From Octopus bimaculoides (taxonomy: Eukaryota), in the NCBI RefSeq assembly GCF_001194135.2, contig NC_068981.1, forward strand, positions 199,259,096-199,323,095: a DNA stretch of 64,000 nucleotides. The letters are read 5' to 3'. How positions within the stretch are numbered: the stretch's first letter is position 1; each line of letters begins with the position of its first letter. Made by a program: the position numbers and the translations under genes. The notes beneath the pieces are model-generated. The model was given only the letters and a program-made list of their open reading frames with translations, searched no databases and was not told the origin of the DNA. Shown here piece by piece: positions 51,543 to 63,985 of the stretch.

Positions 51543-52814
51543 GTGAGCATGCTGAAATGATTGTATGTAGTCAGTAGAGTTATGGTGAAGAGGAGGAGGA
51601 GGCGGCGGAGGGGGGCGAGGATGTCGAAGTGGGTGATTCTTTGAAGTGTGTCTATTGTGTGTGTGTGTTTAAAGTGTGTCTGTCAGGCAGGTTTAAAACA
51701 TGTATTATTTTGTGTGTGTTTAATATGTGTGTATCATGTACATTTAAAACGTGTGTATTTTATGCATTTAAAATATATATTGTGTATGTTTAAAGTGAGT
51801 ACATTGTGTACTTTTAAAGTATGTCTACTGTGTCTGTTTAAAGGGTGTTTATCGTGTGTGTTTAAAATAAAAATGTAGAATTAACATGTTGCTGTATTAT
51901 AAGTAGAAATGTATGTTGAGTTTGCAAATATTGACAATTTAGATACGAAATATATCTGTTGTTAAAGTAATTGTGTATGAAGGAAGGAGAGAGTCAACAA
52001 TTGGAGTAGCGGTGGTGGTGATGAGGATGATACAACTGAGAGATGATACCCAGATGATTATTTAATAATGAGGTTGAGTTACAGGTTTTAATTAGCCAAC
52101 TAAATGTTATAAAACTATAAAACAAAGATGAGTAACAAAGTGAATGTAATAAGATGAGTTTTGTAATAAGACTCATGTTTCTCTGTTCCTTTGTCAAACA
52201 TTCACATCAAAATGATTTGTTCAAGTAATTTATTATTTATTTGTATCTTTTAGCCACAAAAGAAGGCAATAAGCATAATAACATAACCTGGCACCCAAAG
52301 TGCCAATTTATGGTATTTAACTGGGTGAAAGGACAGGTCATGGCTGAATTTGAACACAGAAGGCAAAAACAAGGACAAATTCTGTAGTTGTATGATCTGT
52401 AATTCTTTCAATCCTGTCAATCCACAATCCTGTACCGACACCTTTTGAACACCCTCTCCATCCCACCATAGAATAACAACCAAAAAAGATTAGGTTTGAA
52501 ATTAGAATGCTGGAATACCACTGGGGATTCTATCCAATGTTCCAATAACTCTGCCAATTCACTGTCAGCAGAAATAAAATTTCTTTAAAAATTGTCAATT
52601 TATTCAATTTATCCATTAAATTCACATTTGCAGGGCAAAGAAAAGTAATGTCTGTCTTTTATTGTTGGTCAAGTTCGAGGAGGAACTGGATGAAGAAAAT
52701 AAGATACACTGAAATTAGTAACCTTCAGTTAATTAGTGCAGTTATTTCTGCTGTATTTCAATTTATTGAATTCTGTTCCTTTCTACCAAGTAAAGGAACT
52801 TATTTTTTAGGTAG

Positions 52815-53405
52815 TTCATCATCATCATCATCGTTTAACGTCCGCTTTCCATGCTGGCATGGGTTGGACGATTTGACTGAGGACTAACTGGTGAACCAGA
52901 TGGCTGCACCAAGCTCCAATCTGATCTGGCAGAGTTTCTACAGCTGGATGCCCTTCCTAACGCCAACCACTCAGAGAGTGTAGGGGGTGCTTTTATGTGC
53001 CACCGGCTTGAAGGCCAGTCAGGCAGTACTGGCAACGGCCACGCTCAAATGGTGTTTTTTACGTGCCACCTGCACAGGAGCCAGTCCAGCGACAGTGGCA
53101 TTGACCTCGCTCGAATGTTTTTTCACGTGCCACTGGCACAAGTGCCAGTAAGGTGATGCTGGTAACAAACATGTTCGAATGGTACTTTTTATGTGCCACT
53201 GGCATNNNNNNNNNNAAGGTGATGCTGGTAACAAACATGTTCGAATGGTACTTTTTATGTGCCACTGGCATGGAAGCCAGTCAGCTGCTCTGGCAACGAT
53301 CACGCTTGGATGGTGCTCTCAGTGCTCCACTGGCACAGGTGCGAGTCATTGAATTTGTGAATTTGATTTGATTTCAATTTCACTTGCCTCAACAGGTCTT
53401 CGCAA
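52815..53405 (-). mobile_element. RTE 3' UTR with about 4-5 array units and tail
   Basis: (CAT)n cgtttaacgtccgctttccatgctggc...tttttacgtgccacc repeats; 10-N gap with duplicated flanks. Confidence 0.88.
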
Positions 53406-54249
53406 ACAGAGTTTAGTGTCCAATGAAGGAAAGGTATGCATAAGTGGGCTGGCTACACCCCTGGCATAGGTCACAAGTTATGGTCTCACTTGGCTCACAT
53501 GGTTAATTTATTTTATAACAGCCGTCAGTTAGTAAACCAGTTATTCCTGCTGGTTCTATGATAAATATCTGATCTTCTTTGTAAATATTTATTGAAATAC
53601 AATTTTTTAAAACTCTCTTTAAAATATTCTTTATTGTAAATGCAAACAATTCACTGGAACTTGCCACTGTAATGAAGTTTTGGTCAGATTTGAACCACTT
53701 CACTTAAACTTCCAGTTTAGAGCCACAGCCTATATATATTGCCATATAAGGTATGACTGGCTCCTTGAGAGAACATCACCCATGTAAATGTTAATCAACA
53801 ATGGCAGGCATGTATTGGTCAATGGCCATAAATGTTACAGAAATGTTATGTAAACTTTTGGCTAATTATTTATTCAAAGTTTCTGGTAAGTCTTGCCTAG
53901 GGTTATAAAAAACTGATAATTTTAACTCTTTGAGCAGAACCCACACTGATTCTTAAAGGAACCTTATCTCTGTTCCATGAGATGTGCTCGCATCTTATTG
54001 TAGTTGTCCCTGTATAAAATATGTTGAAAATACATGTTTGGCAAAGATAAATCATTCTTGTTTTTTAATGTCAATATACATTCATGATTCCATCGAGTTA
54101 TCTGCTTTATTCTGTCGTATTTTTATATAAATAATGAACACATGTAGCAAAACAGGTTTATCTAGAATGTTATTTTATATATTGTAAACCTTTAAGTATC
54201 TCATATATCCTTGAGGATATGTTTTTACAATATAATATTAATATATTTG

Positions 54250-54403
54250 GATATGGCTATGTGGTAAGTAGCTTGCTTCCCAACCACATGGTTCTGGGGT
54301 CAATTCCACTGCATGGCATCTTGGGCAAGTGTCTTTTACTATAGCTTCAGGCTGACCAAAGCTTTGTGAGTGGATTTCGCAGATGGAAACTGAAAGAAGC
54401 CCG

Positions 54404-54481
<78 letters not shown>

Positions 54482-54632
54482 TTGTGTGTCTGTGTTTGTC
54501 CCCCCAGCATCACTTGACAGCCAATGCCAGTGTGTTTACATCTCTGTAACTTAACGGTTTCGCAAAAGAGGCCAACAGAATAAGTGCTAGGCTTACAAAG
54601 AATAAGTTCTGGGGTCAATTTGCTCGACTTAT
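54250..54632 (+). mobile_element. Family A/B SINE, 3' truncated
   Basis: atggctatgtggtaagtagcttgcttccc...gaataagttctggggtcaatttgctcgact. Confidence 0.85.
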
Positions 54633-54762
54633 TTTCCAGTTGTGATAGACCAGCCACTGATTATCATCCACTTAGATTATCATAGATCCCAGCAGCGTAT
54701 CTCTCCCTCTGTGTAATTGTTACTGTTATTTTTCATCCAAAGACCAACACAGAAAACACTAC

Positions 54763-54825
54763 CTGCAGTAAATAAAGCTTCTGATAATTGTTCATGAGTG
54801 TTGTTAATCACTTCTACACACAGCC
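54763..54825 (-). CDS. Candidate 63-nt phase 1-1 exon (LCVEVINNTHEQLSEALFTA)
   Basis: Acceptor gtccttctag, donor GTAGTG; frame stays open beyond the donor. Confidence 0.3.
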
Positions 54826-55639
54826 CTAGAAGGACATTTTCATTCACCAGCAGCAAACTCTACTTGTAATAAAGATAATAAAAGAACAGGAAAAATAATT
54901 TTTTGCCATTTATGATAACAAAATAATTTCTATATCATGCATTAGTTATGAGTTAATTAAAGTTATATATTTGCATTTAATTACAGTTAATGACATTTTA
55001 CAATGAGGTAATAAGAAAATTATTGCTATTCAGTTGGTGAAATATTTATAGAAAAATTTAATTTTTGTAAAATTTACTATTTCATGAAATAAAAAGATAA
55101 GAATCGTATGAAGGTTACATGTGACCAAGGCAAAAGGTTTACCTCGATTTTATCATTTTTCTGTTTCTTTTTATTGTAATTGCAGTTTGTTGAAGCATAT
55201 TTCATTCAGTGAATGAGAAAATTTAAACAAGTAACAGAAAATGTTTCACAAAGAAACAGCAAGAAGATGGAGGACAATCAAAATGCAGAAATGTCGTTGA
55301 TGTAATGTCTTATTTGATTCAGATGGTTTCATTACCTGAAAAGAAGAAAATTGAAGATGCGTTACTTTTTGATAGTCTCTTTGGTTTAGTAAAATAAAAG
55401 GCCATCCTTCTAGGCTGCTGTTCCTCACAGAAATATTCTGGCTTTTGGGGTTTGCATCCTCAGCTGCTCTTAAAACATAAACAACTCAAAAAAAGATTCA
55501 GTTTAGATTTTTGTCTGTAGATTCTTGCTTGGTATTTTATTTTATTGGCACCAGAAGCATCAAAGGCACAACTGATCTCTGTATAATTTCATCTCAGAAT
55601 GTAAAAAGCCAGAATAAATATCCTTTCTATGATAGGCAC

Positions 55640-55895
55640 AATGTCTGAAATATTGTGGGGAGCGGGTGAGTTAAATATATTGACACCCCTCCATCCCCTA
55701 GTATTTATTGGCTCCAAAAGGTTAAAAGGTAAAGCTAACCTCAGCAGGACTTGAACTTAGAAAATAAACCCAGCGAAGTATTGTTAAGCATTTTGCCTTG
55801 TAATAATTCTGCCAGCTTACCACTTCAAAATAGTCAGAATAAATATCACAAAAATATTTTGTCTGATGCTCTACCGATTCTGTCAGTTCACCATC
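55640..55895 (-). mobile_element. Degenerate family C SINE
   Basis: ttgttaagcattttgcc...ataattctgccagcttaccac and taccgattctgtcagttcaccatc. Confidence 0.55.
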
Positions 55896-56926
55896 TTCTT
55901 TTACCTTGCTGTCTGTAAATTGACATTTAGATTTATGGGTTTGAAATGAGAAACTTGGCATTTATGAAAACTAATAAAACAAGTTTTTTGAACAGGTTTA
56001 CCGTGTCCCTGCAAGTCGTAAAAGATTGGCATCAGGAAGTGCATATGGTCCTTAAATATTGCTTTGAAATATCCAGTCCAAACCATGTGAACATGGGGAA
56101 ATGGAAGTAAAAATAATGGTGGTGTGTTTTAACATCCATTCTTATTGTTGAGTTTCTAACTTGTCTGAAATTGATTAAAATTTAGAGAAACTGAGAAACG
56201 CATGAATGGTTGAACGTTTTCTTTCATATGATTCCCCAAAACCCAGCTGACTTAACAAACCCGTATTTACTTAGATTTTCATACAGATTTGCAGGAGGAT
56301 TCACAATATGACTTTACTATTTAAAACGTTGGACCAGAACAAGGTTAAAATTTCTTTTCTGGATTCCATCATTGGCAAAATATTTGGATTTTCACATCTT
56401 AAATCTGGCGTTTGTTTAGAAATAGAAGATATTGACTCATGTATTTGTAACCTTTCTTTTAGGGATAAATAAATTGTTGAGGAGTTCTTGTAGCTTTCTG
56501 TTAGCCAAGATTTATTCTCATGAAGATTTGCAACAAAATTATCAATGTTGCAGCTAAAACAATGAAAAAGTTGTAATTTGGAAAATATATTTAGTCCTGA
56601 TGTATGATCATTTTGACAATGTCACTTTATTATTTTAATAAGTATTTACTAAGAAAATATCATGTTGTATAAAATATTTCCTATTTGAACACTTTGTTTA
56701 GCTGACAGCTGCCAGATCTATTAGTTTTCTTTCAATATTGAACATCATCATCATCATCATCATCATTGTTTAATGTCTGTCTTCCAGGCTGGCATGGGTG
56801 GAATATTTTTCACTCATCGAAATTAAAAGAAAAATGTCTTAAAACCAATAAAACACAACTACAAGAAACAAATATAAATGTTAAAATAGTTCAAATGATC
56901 AACTGATGTTGTCTTAACTCCCTCTC

Positions 56927-56966
<40 letters not shown>

Positions 56967-57665
56967 TCTATCAGCCTGTATCTCTCTCAGTCTCTGTCTC
57001 TCTCCCTTTCCTCTCTCTCTCTCTCTCTTTGTCTATCAGCCTGTATCTCTCTCAGTCTCTGTCTCTCTCCCTTTCCTCTCTCTCTATGTCTCCATTTTTC
57101 TTTCTTGCTGATGTTTTTTTTTTTTGCAGAACATTTAGAGTGTAGCAGAATGTTATCAGTTCAAGTAATGGTAGACTTGAACTTCTTGCAGAATTTACAA
57201 TATTATTCAAATACATTTTCTTTCTTGAAGTTTTCTGAGGAGAAATGTTGAAATAAAGATGTGAAATTAAAATCTAATTATTTGTTCGTTAACACCTAGT
57301 TCAATCAGTTATATATTCTTCAATAATAAATCAAGTGACTCTGACAAGATTGGCAAAATAATTTGCATATTTCTGCTGTTGCTTAGCAACTATTTTGATC
57401 TTTGTTCTGATGGTTGATGTCATGATGCATCAGTTCAAACTTAGATGTTGTTTATTGTTGGAAAAAGCTGCCATGTTGTGTGCAGAAAGCATCAAATCAG
57501 GCAACTTGTGAATCATAAACAGCTAAAAACAACAATAAAACTATAAAAAGAAATCAACAAGAATGAATATCAATCCTTTAATTTACACCTGAAGTCTGCT
57601 ATGTAATTAGATTTATATTAGGTTTACATAAAACTGGTGAGAAACACTGACCCTAATTATCTACG

Positions 57666-57735
57666 GGCATATGGTGTAGTGGTTAAGAGCATAGGCTACT
57701 GATCCCAAGATTCCAAGTTCGATTCCAGGCAAGGA
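57666..57735 (+). mobile_element. tRNA-derived SINE head, truncated
   Basis: A box TGGTGTAGTGG and B box GTTCGATTCC present; no acceptor stem pairing, so not a tRNA gene. Confidence 0.65.
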
Positions 57736-57953
57736 CATGAATATCATCATCGTTTAACGTCTGCTTCCCATCAAAAAGGGTCAAAAAGGCTGAGGACACT
57801 TCTAGACAGTAAGGAAACATAGATTTTATACAAAAACAGTGCTATTATTATTATTATTATTATTATTATGTTCTCGTCACTTCTTTCTGCCAACCAATAG
57901 TCCCACACGACCCCGTGCGTGTCGACCCCACACAGCCGGTGTGTCCCTGACAT

Positions 57954-58186
57954 TCTTATTTCTTTACTGCCCACAAGGGGCTACACACAGAGGGGACGAA
58001 CAAGGACAGACAAAGGGATTAAATCGATTACATCAACCCCAGTGCGTAACTGGTACTTAATTTATCGACCCTGAAGGATGAAAGGCAAAGTCGACCTCGG
58101 CGGAATTTGAATTCAGAACGTAGCGGCAGACGAAATACCGCGAAGCATTTCGCCCGGCGTGCTACCGATTCTGCCAGCTCGCCGCC
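57954..58186 (-). mobile_element. Young family C SINE with 15-bp TSD
   Basis: GTGTGTCCCTGACAT at 57939-57953 and 58188-58202; CpG-rich intact head ggcggcgagctggcagaatcgg. Confidence 0.92.
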
Positions 58187-58273
58187 TGTGTGTCCCTGAC
58201 ATCCTGCCAGATCAAAATGGCTGAGGACACTTCTAGACAGTAAGGAAACATAGATTTTATACAAAAACGGTGC

Positions 58274-58321
<48 letters not shown>

Positions 58322-58514
58322 TATTATTATTATTATTATTATTATATGAAAACTCACAGTTTATTTTGCTGTCGTATGGTGGAAAGTGTCATCTGTCCCC
58401 AGCCAAGTGACTAAGGGGACACTTGTCTTACTGGTCATGCTTCAAGAACCCTGCCAAGAATTCTTGCAGTTCCAAGCAATGCTGATTCTTGTAGGTGTTC
58501 TACCTTCTGTTATT

Positions 58515-58960
58515 ATTGTCATTATCATGTACATGCTAATTTAATTAGCAGGAATATTATCTTGAGGTTTGGTGACAAACCCCCGCAAATCTCAAGAATT
58601 TTTCTTAACATTCTTTTAGACTACAGGATGGTACTTCTCTGCAGGTTGACAATGCAAGTATCAATTCCAATTTCAGTCAGTCTTTTAGATATTACTTTGG
58701 CTGCTGTGCCAAGTGCATCCCCTGCTACAGGAATAATCTTCCTCGCTCTCCTCCGTTCTGGGTCTACGTCCAAATATTTCTATATTTCTGTGGCATTGAC
58801 TCTGTCACCGTAGGGAATTGCAAAGTCTATGATCTTACAGTTTGTTACTTTTGTCCTCTACAATTATGTTTAGTCTTCTTGCCTCAATAGTATGGTTAGT
58901 CTTTACGGGGAAATTCCACATGATTCTGTAATCACAGCCTCTGCATCGTGTTCATACTGA
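58515..58960 (-). mobile_element. REL-endonuclease (R4/Dong-like) LINE 3' end
   Basis: CKIIDFAIPYGDRVN..KYLD..IIPVAGDALG..IGIDTCIVNLQRSTIL; 3' hairpin GCTAATTAAAATTAGC; degenerate TAA tail. Confidence 0.75.
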
Positions 58961-58964
58961 GGAA

Positions 58965-60783
58965 TCAGGAATCACTGCTGAAATGGTTAAAATATTTGAC
59001 GGAATAGGATATTGCTTAGTCACTGATATAGTTAATCAAGTTGTCCATAAAAGAGTCATACCCAACAATTGGTAAAGCAGCATTATAGTCAAATGCTGCA
59101 AAGGCAAAAGTGACGTCTTAGACAGGAATAATTACAGAGGCCTCAAATTACTGGACAAGGTGACGAAAGTCATATAAAGAGTCATAGTTCAATCAATTAG
59201 GAAGAGATTTAGTTTAGATGAGATGCAGTTTGAATTTAGGCTGGGCAGGAGCATGGCTGATGCTATATTTGTGGTTAGGTAACTGCAGGAGAAATTGCTA
59301 GCCAAAAATTAACCCCTGTACCTGGCTTTTGTCAACATGGAGAAAGCCTTTGATAGGGTCTCCCACTGTCTTATCTGGTGGTCAATGCAGAAGCTAAGGA
59401 TAGATGAGTGATTGGTGAGGGCTGTACAAGCCATGTACAGGGGCATTGTCGGTAAGGTGAAGGTTAGCAATGAGTATAGCGATGAATTCGGGGTACCAGT
59501 AGGGGTTCACCAAGGCCCAGTCCTCAGCCCCCTCTTGTTCATTATAGTTCTCCAGGCAATAACAGAGGAATTTAATATGGGCTGCCCCTGGGAGCTCCTC
59601 TATGCTGATAGTCATGCTCTTATAGCTGAATCACTACCAGAAATGGAGAAGAAATTTTGGGTGTGGAAGCAAGGTCCAGAATCAGAGGGTCTTAGAGTCA
59701 ATCTAACAAAAACCAAAGTCTTAGTAAGTAGGAAAGCAGACAAATCACAAATCCTGTCAGGCAGATGGCCCTGCTTGATCTGTAGAAAAGATCGTACAGA
59801 AAATAGACTCCATCAAATACCAAGGGGAAAGCTAGAAGTAGTTGATAGCTTCCATTCTCTAGGTGACCAAGTCAGTAGCGGAGGTGGAAACTCCAAGAGC
59901 ATTGTTGCTAGAATAAGAATAAGGTGGGCAAAGTTCAGAGAGCTCTTACCTCTGCTGGTAACAAAGGGCCTCTCCCTCAGAGTGAAAGGCAGACTGTATG
60001 ATGCCTGTGTGTGAACAGCCATGCTACACAGCAGTGAAACATGGGCTTTGACTGCAGAAGACATGGGAAGGTTTGAAAGAAATAAAGGCAGTCTGCTTCA
60101 CTGGATGTGTAATGTCAGTGTGTATGTACAACAGAATGTAAGCACCCTGAGAGGAAAGTTAAGCATAAGAGACATCAGATGTGGTGTGCAAGAGAGAAGA
60201 CTGCAATGGTATGGTCATGTGATGCATATGGTTGAGGACAGCTGTGTGAAGAAGTACCGATCTCTACCAGTGGAGGGAACCTGTGCAGACTCAGGAAGAC
60301 ATGGGATGAGGTGGTGAAGCATGATCTCCAAACTTTGGGCCTGATGGAGGCAATGACTAGTGACCGAGACATTTGGCGATATGCCAAGCTTGAGAAGATC
60401 CGGCACAACAAATGAAATCATAGTCGTGGCCAATGCTGGTACCGAGTAACTAGCACCTGTGCCAGTGACATGTGAAAAGCACCTTTGAAGCATTGAGCCT
60501 CACGGAGGCAATGGCAAATGGTTGAGATGTTTGCCATTATGTCGTGCTTGAGAAGAAGACGCATTGAGCCAAGTGAAATCATAGTCATGGCAGATATTGT
60601 TGTCATATAAAAGCACCCATTACAGTCTTGGAGTGGTTGGTGTTAAGAAGAGTATCCAGCTGTAGAAAAACCATGGCAGATCAGACTGGAGTCTGGTGCA
60701 GCCTTCCAGCATGCCACCTCTGGTCAAACCGTCCAACCCACACCAGCATTGACAATGGACATTAAGTGATGATGATGATGATA
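58965..60783 (+). mobile_element. RTE LINE, about 1.8 kb, RT core through (GAT)n tail, disrupted ORF
   Basis: GITAEMVK, NYRGLKLL, QFEF, AFVNMEKAFDRV, GVHQGPVLSPLLF, LYADS, SETW, RRLQWYGHV; several stops and frameshifts. Confidence 0.95.
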
Positions 60784-60835
60784 CATACATATCAACATAT
60801 ATATACATACATACATATATATATATGTATATATA

Positions 60836-61221
60836 GGTTAAGGAGGGTATTGGATTCAACCAAACCCAAAGATACAGGTAATACCGAGTAAGTGCTGTAT
60901 ATCGGCTAGTTTTGCCCCTGTCGTTGTAGCAACATGAGTGGGGAATATAACATAGGTCATGTATTAGCGTCCTTTTCTCTATTTATACATATATATGGAA
61001 TCAGTAGTTTGGAATCAGTAGTTCTTTGACTGCTATTTCTAAATTTTCAGTATGTTGGAGAAGCAACTCAATTGCTAATCCCTGTATATTTATAATGATA
61101 AATAGTCTTACCGATAAAGGTTTTTTTCATACTTTTTTCATACTGAACTACTTGGCAGAATTTGTTAATTATTAATTCTATTATTAATTGACGATTCTCT
61201 GCCCTTATTCTTGTATATTCT

Positions 61222-61225
<4 letters not shown>
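60836..61225 (-). repeat. (TA)n-flanked unclassified element, copy 2
   Basis: Bounded by TA repeats on both sides; 61010-61213 matches 47628-47819 in inverted orientation. Confidence 0.8.
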
Positions 61226-61264
<39 letters not shown>

Positions 61265-61462
61265 NNNNNNNNNNNNNNNNNNNNNNNNNNNNNNNNNNNN
61301 NNNNNNNNNNNNNNNNNNNNNNNNNNNNNNNNNNNNNNNNNNNNNNNNNNNNNNNNNNNNNNNNNNNNNNNNNNNNNNNNNNNNNNNNNNNNNNNNNNNN
61401 NNNNNNNNNNNNNNNNNNNNNNNNNNNNNNNNNNNNNNNNNNNNNNNNNNNNNNNNNNNNNN

Positions 61463-61530
<68 letters not shown>

Positions 61531-61719
61531 TATATGCACCCACCCACACACATACACACATGCACACACTTACACATATCTATTAGTCTAACTCATATCA
61601 GGGTTGAAAGTGGACAAAATCTAAAGTAATCATGAAGACGACATAAACTCAGGAATGTAGAGTGTCAGTTGCCAGGTGATGGGTGTAAAACAAAGGATGG
61701 TGAGATTTAATAATTGTCG

Positions 61720-61764
<45 letters not shown>

Positions 61765-61990
61765 AGGCAGTGAGTTGGCAGAATTGTTAGCATGCTGAGC
61801 AAAATGCTTAATGGCATTTCATCTGTCTTTATGTTCTGAGTTCAAATTCTGCAGAGGATGACTTTGTCTTTAATCCTTTTGGGGTCAATAAAATAAGTAC
61901 CAGTTAAACACTGGGGTCAATGTAATTAACTATTCTTCCCCACCCTCAAAATTGCTGGCCTTGTGCCGAAGTTTCAACCCATTATTATTA
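61765..61990 (+). mobile_element. Degenerate family C SINE between (CAT)n and (TAA)n
   Basis: ggcagtgagttggcagaattgttagc...ccttttggggtcaataaaataagtaccag. Confidence 0.8.
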
Positions 61991-61995
61991 TCATT

Positions 61996-62028
<33 letters not shown>

Positions 62029-62924
62029 TCAAAGCAACGAACAGGGAATGGGTGTCTTTACAGATTCTTCCATGAAATAATTGTTTAGGTCTGAAACAAA
62101 TATAAAATGAGAATTATTACTCTTTTATGCACTTACTGGTTCCTACCAGTTGGCTCTGGCCACACTGGAGCAAATGTTTTCAAATAAATAAAAGAATAAT
62201 TTGCCGTTGAATATTTAACAGATATTAGAAGAATCAATTCTTGTATCCATTCCGAAACGGTCAACAAACAACTTTTGGTTCCTATCAATCTCTTTCTTCA
62301 ACTGGCAATTTTCCATCTTGCTGTGATGGTCTTTCAACGTAATAACGATTATTAATTAAAACTATAAAAGCTTCTATTTATTTCATAAACAGTTAATAGC
62401 AAGGGGTATGGAGAGTCATTATTATTTTTACAGGCAACTGATTATTGTTTCTGGTGGGAGAAGATAATTATTGATAAATATAATTGAACACATTTTCAAT
62501 CACATATTTAACAACTCTGTTTGTCTGCCTGTCTGTCTGCCTCTGATAGGTAGGATATTTAGCAAATAAAATGAGTTTCAATGTTAGATATCAAATGTTA
62601 GATATCAAATATAAGACAGAAAAAAAAAAGAAGCAACAACAACAGTGAGGTTTTGGTCATTCTGATCAGACATCTAATTATTATCCAGTAAGCAATAAAT
62701 AATTAGTTTAATCTAATCACGAGGACATATGTCCTACTGATCAGGTTAATACCTGTCTTAGGGTTTTAAACTGTTGTTTATTATTTCAAAATAGTGTTTT
62801 ACAGTGAAAATTTGTTCCTTGAAAGTTTTCTTGGAGGTTCTATAAACCCAAGCTGGTTGATCAATATACATGAGGTAAGTTTTTGAGAGAATATTTAATT
62901 TTGTCATTTAGCTGGCAAAAATGA

Positions 62925-63110
62925 GTAGTACCTGTAATTCAAAGGGCCAGCCTTGTCGCATTCTGTGTCATGCTGAATCTCCCTGAGAACTGCATTAAGG
63001 CTACACATGCCTGAGGAATGCTTAGCCAGTTGCACATTAATTTCACGAGCAAGTTGTCCCGTTGATCGTATGAGCTGCGACCCTCATCGTCGTAACCAAT
63101 GGAATGCTCC
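62925..63110. mobile_element. Probable SINE of another family
   Basis: gtacctgtaattcaaagggccagccttgtc...cgagcaagttgtcccgttgatcg; GC-richer repeat-like text, family unresolved. Confidence 0.4.
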
Positions 63111-63575
63111 AATAATTACCATTATTATTACATTAGTGCATGCTAATTTTGTTAGCAGGTATTTTATCTTGAGGTTTGGTGACAAGTCTCTGTAAACCTA
63201 AAGAATCTTCCTTAGGATTCTTACAGAATATGGAACGGTACTTTCTTGCAAGTTGACAATGTAAATTTCAAACCCAATCACTTTCAATATTTTAGGTAGC
63301 ATCAATTACCAGAAGAATTACGGTTGTTTTGGTCTTCCACAGTCTCTTCAGTTCTCTGGCAAACTTCTAATGTTTCTCAATTTTTTTCAGTTTTTATGGT
63401 ATCAACTCTGATATCAGAGTTCTTGCACAGTTTATTTTGTCCTCTGTGACCATGTCTGGTCTTCTTGCTTCAATAGAATGGTCAGTCTTTACTGATAAAT
63501 CCTGCAAGATCTTGTAATTCTTATTTTCTTTCACAGCCTCTGGTTTGTGTTCATACCAATTTTCTATTGTTCCAT
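63110..63575 (-). mobile_element. R4/Dong-like LINE 3' end, same subfamily as 58515-58960
   Basis: Shared tattttatcttgaggtttggtgacaa and cttcttgcttcaatagaatggtcagtctttac; hairpin GCTAACAAAATTAGC. Confidence 0.75.
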
Positions 63576-63582
63576 AGTGACA

Positions 63583-63985
63583 TTATTATTATTATTATTA
63601 TTTTATGTTTGACTTTTGTTTTGCATTTGTACAAGTTGGATCCAAGTCTCACCCAGAGACCTCAAGAGACAACAAGTTAGAAGTTCATGCAGGTGTTATG
63701 CCTAGGGTACCATATATTTGGATTTGTACATTTGGATTTGTACTAGAAAATGTTTAAGAAACCATAAGAAAATTGTTTGTTTTAAAATTTGAGATCACAT
63801 AGACAGTATTTTACGTAGGATATGGGCAGTTCCCATGAGCACTATCTTTTGAACTTCAGCCATTTTGAGGTTTCCTGGTATCTGAGCTAGGTAGTAATCA
63901 GCCTGTTTCGCTGTCATTCCCAGGGCACCTATGACAATAGGTATTGTTTTAGTCTTCAGGTTCCACATTTTGCTAATTTCTATTA
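63583..63985 (-). mobile_element. R4/Dong-like LINE 3' end, second subfamily, with (TAA)n tail
   Basis: Open frame EISKMWNLKTKTIPIVIGALGMTAKQADYYLAQIPGNLKMAEVQKIVLMGTAHILRKILSM* (stop 63795-63797). Confidence 0.85.

Noticed and set aside
57666-57740. Possible tRNA gene
   Set aside because: A and B boxes present but acceptor stem does not pair and it runs into an RTE tail; fits a SINE head
26886-61591. Long ORFs in the track containing X runs (e.g. 39347-40297, 47763-48599, 49253-50596, 61165-61591)
   Set aside because: Length comes from N gaps; only the RTE-derived parts are real coding relics
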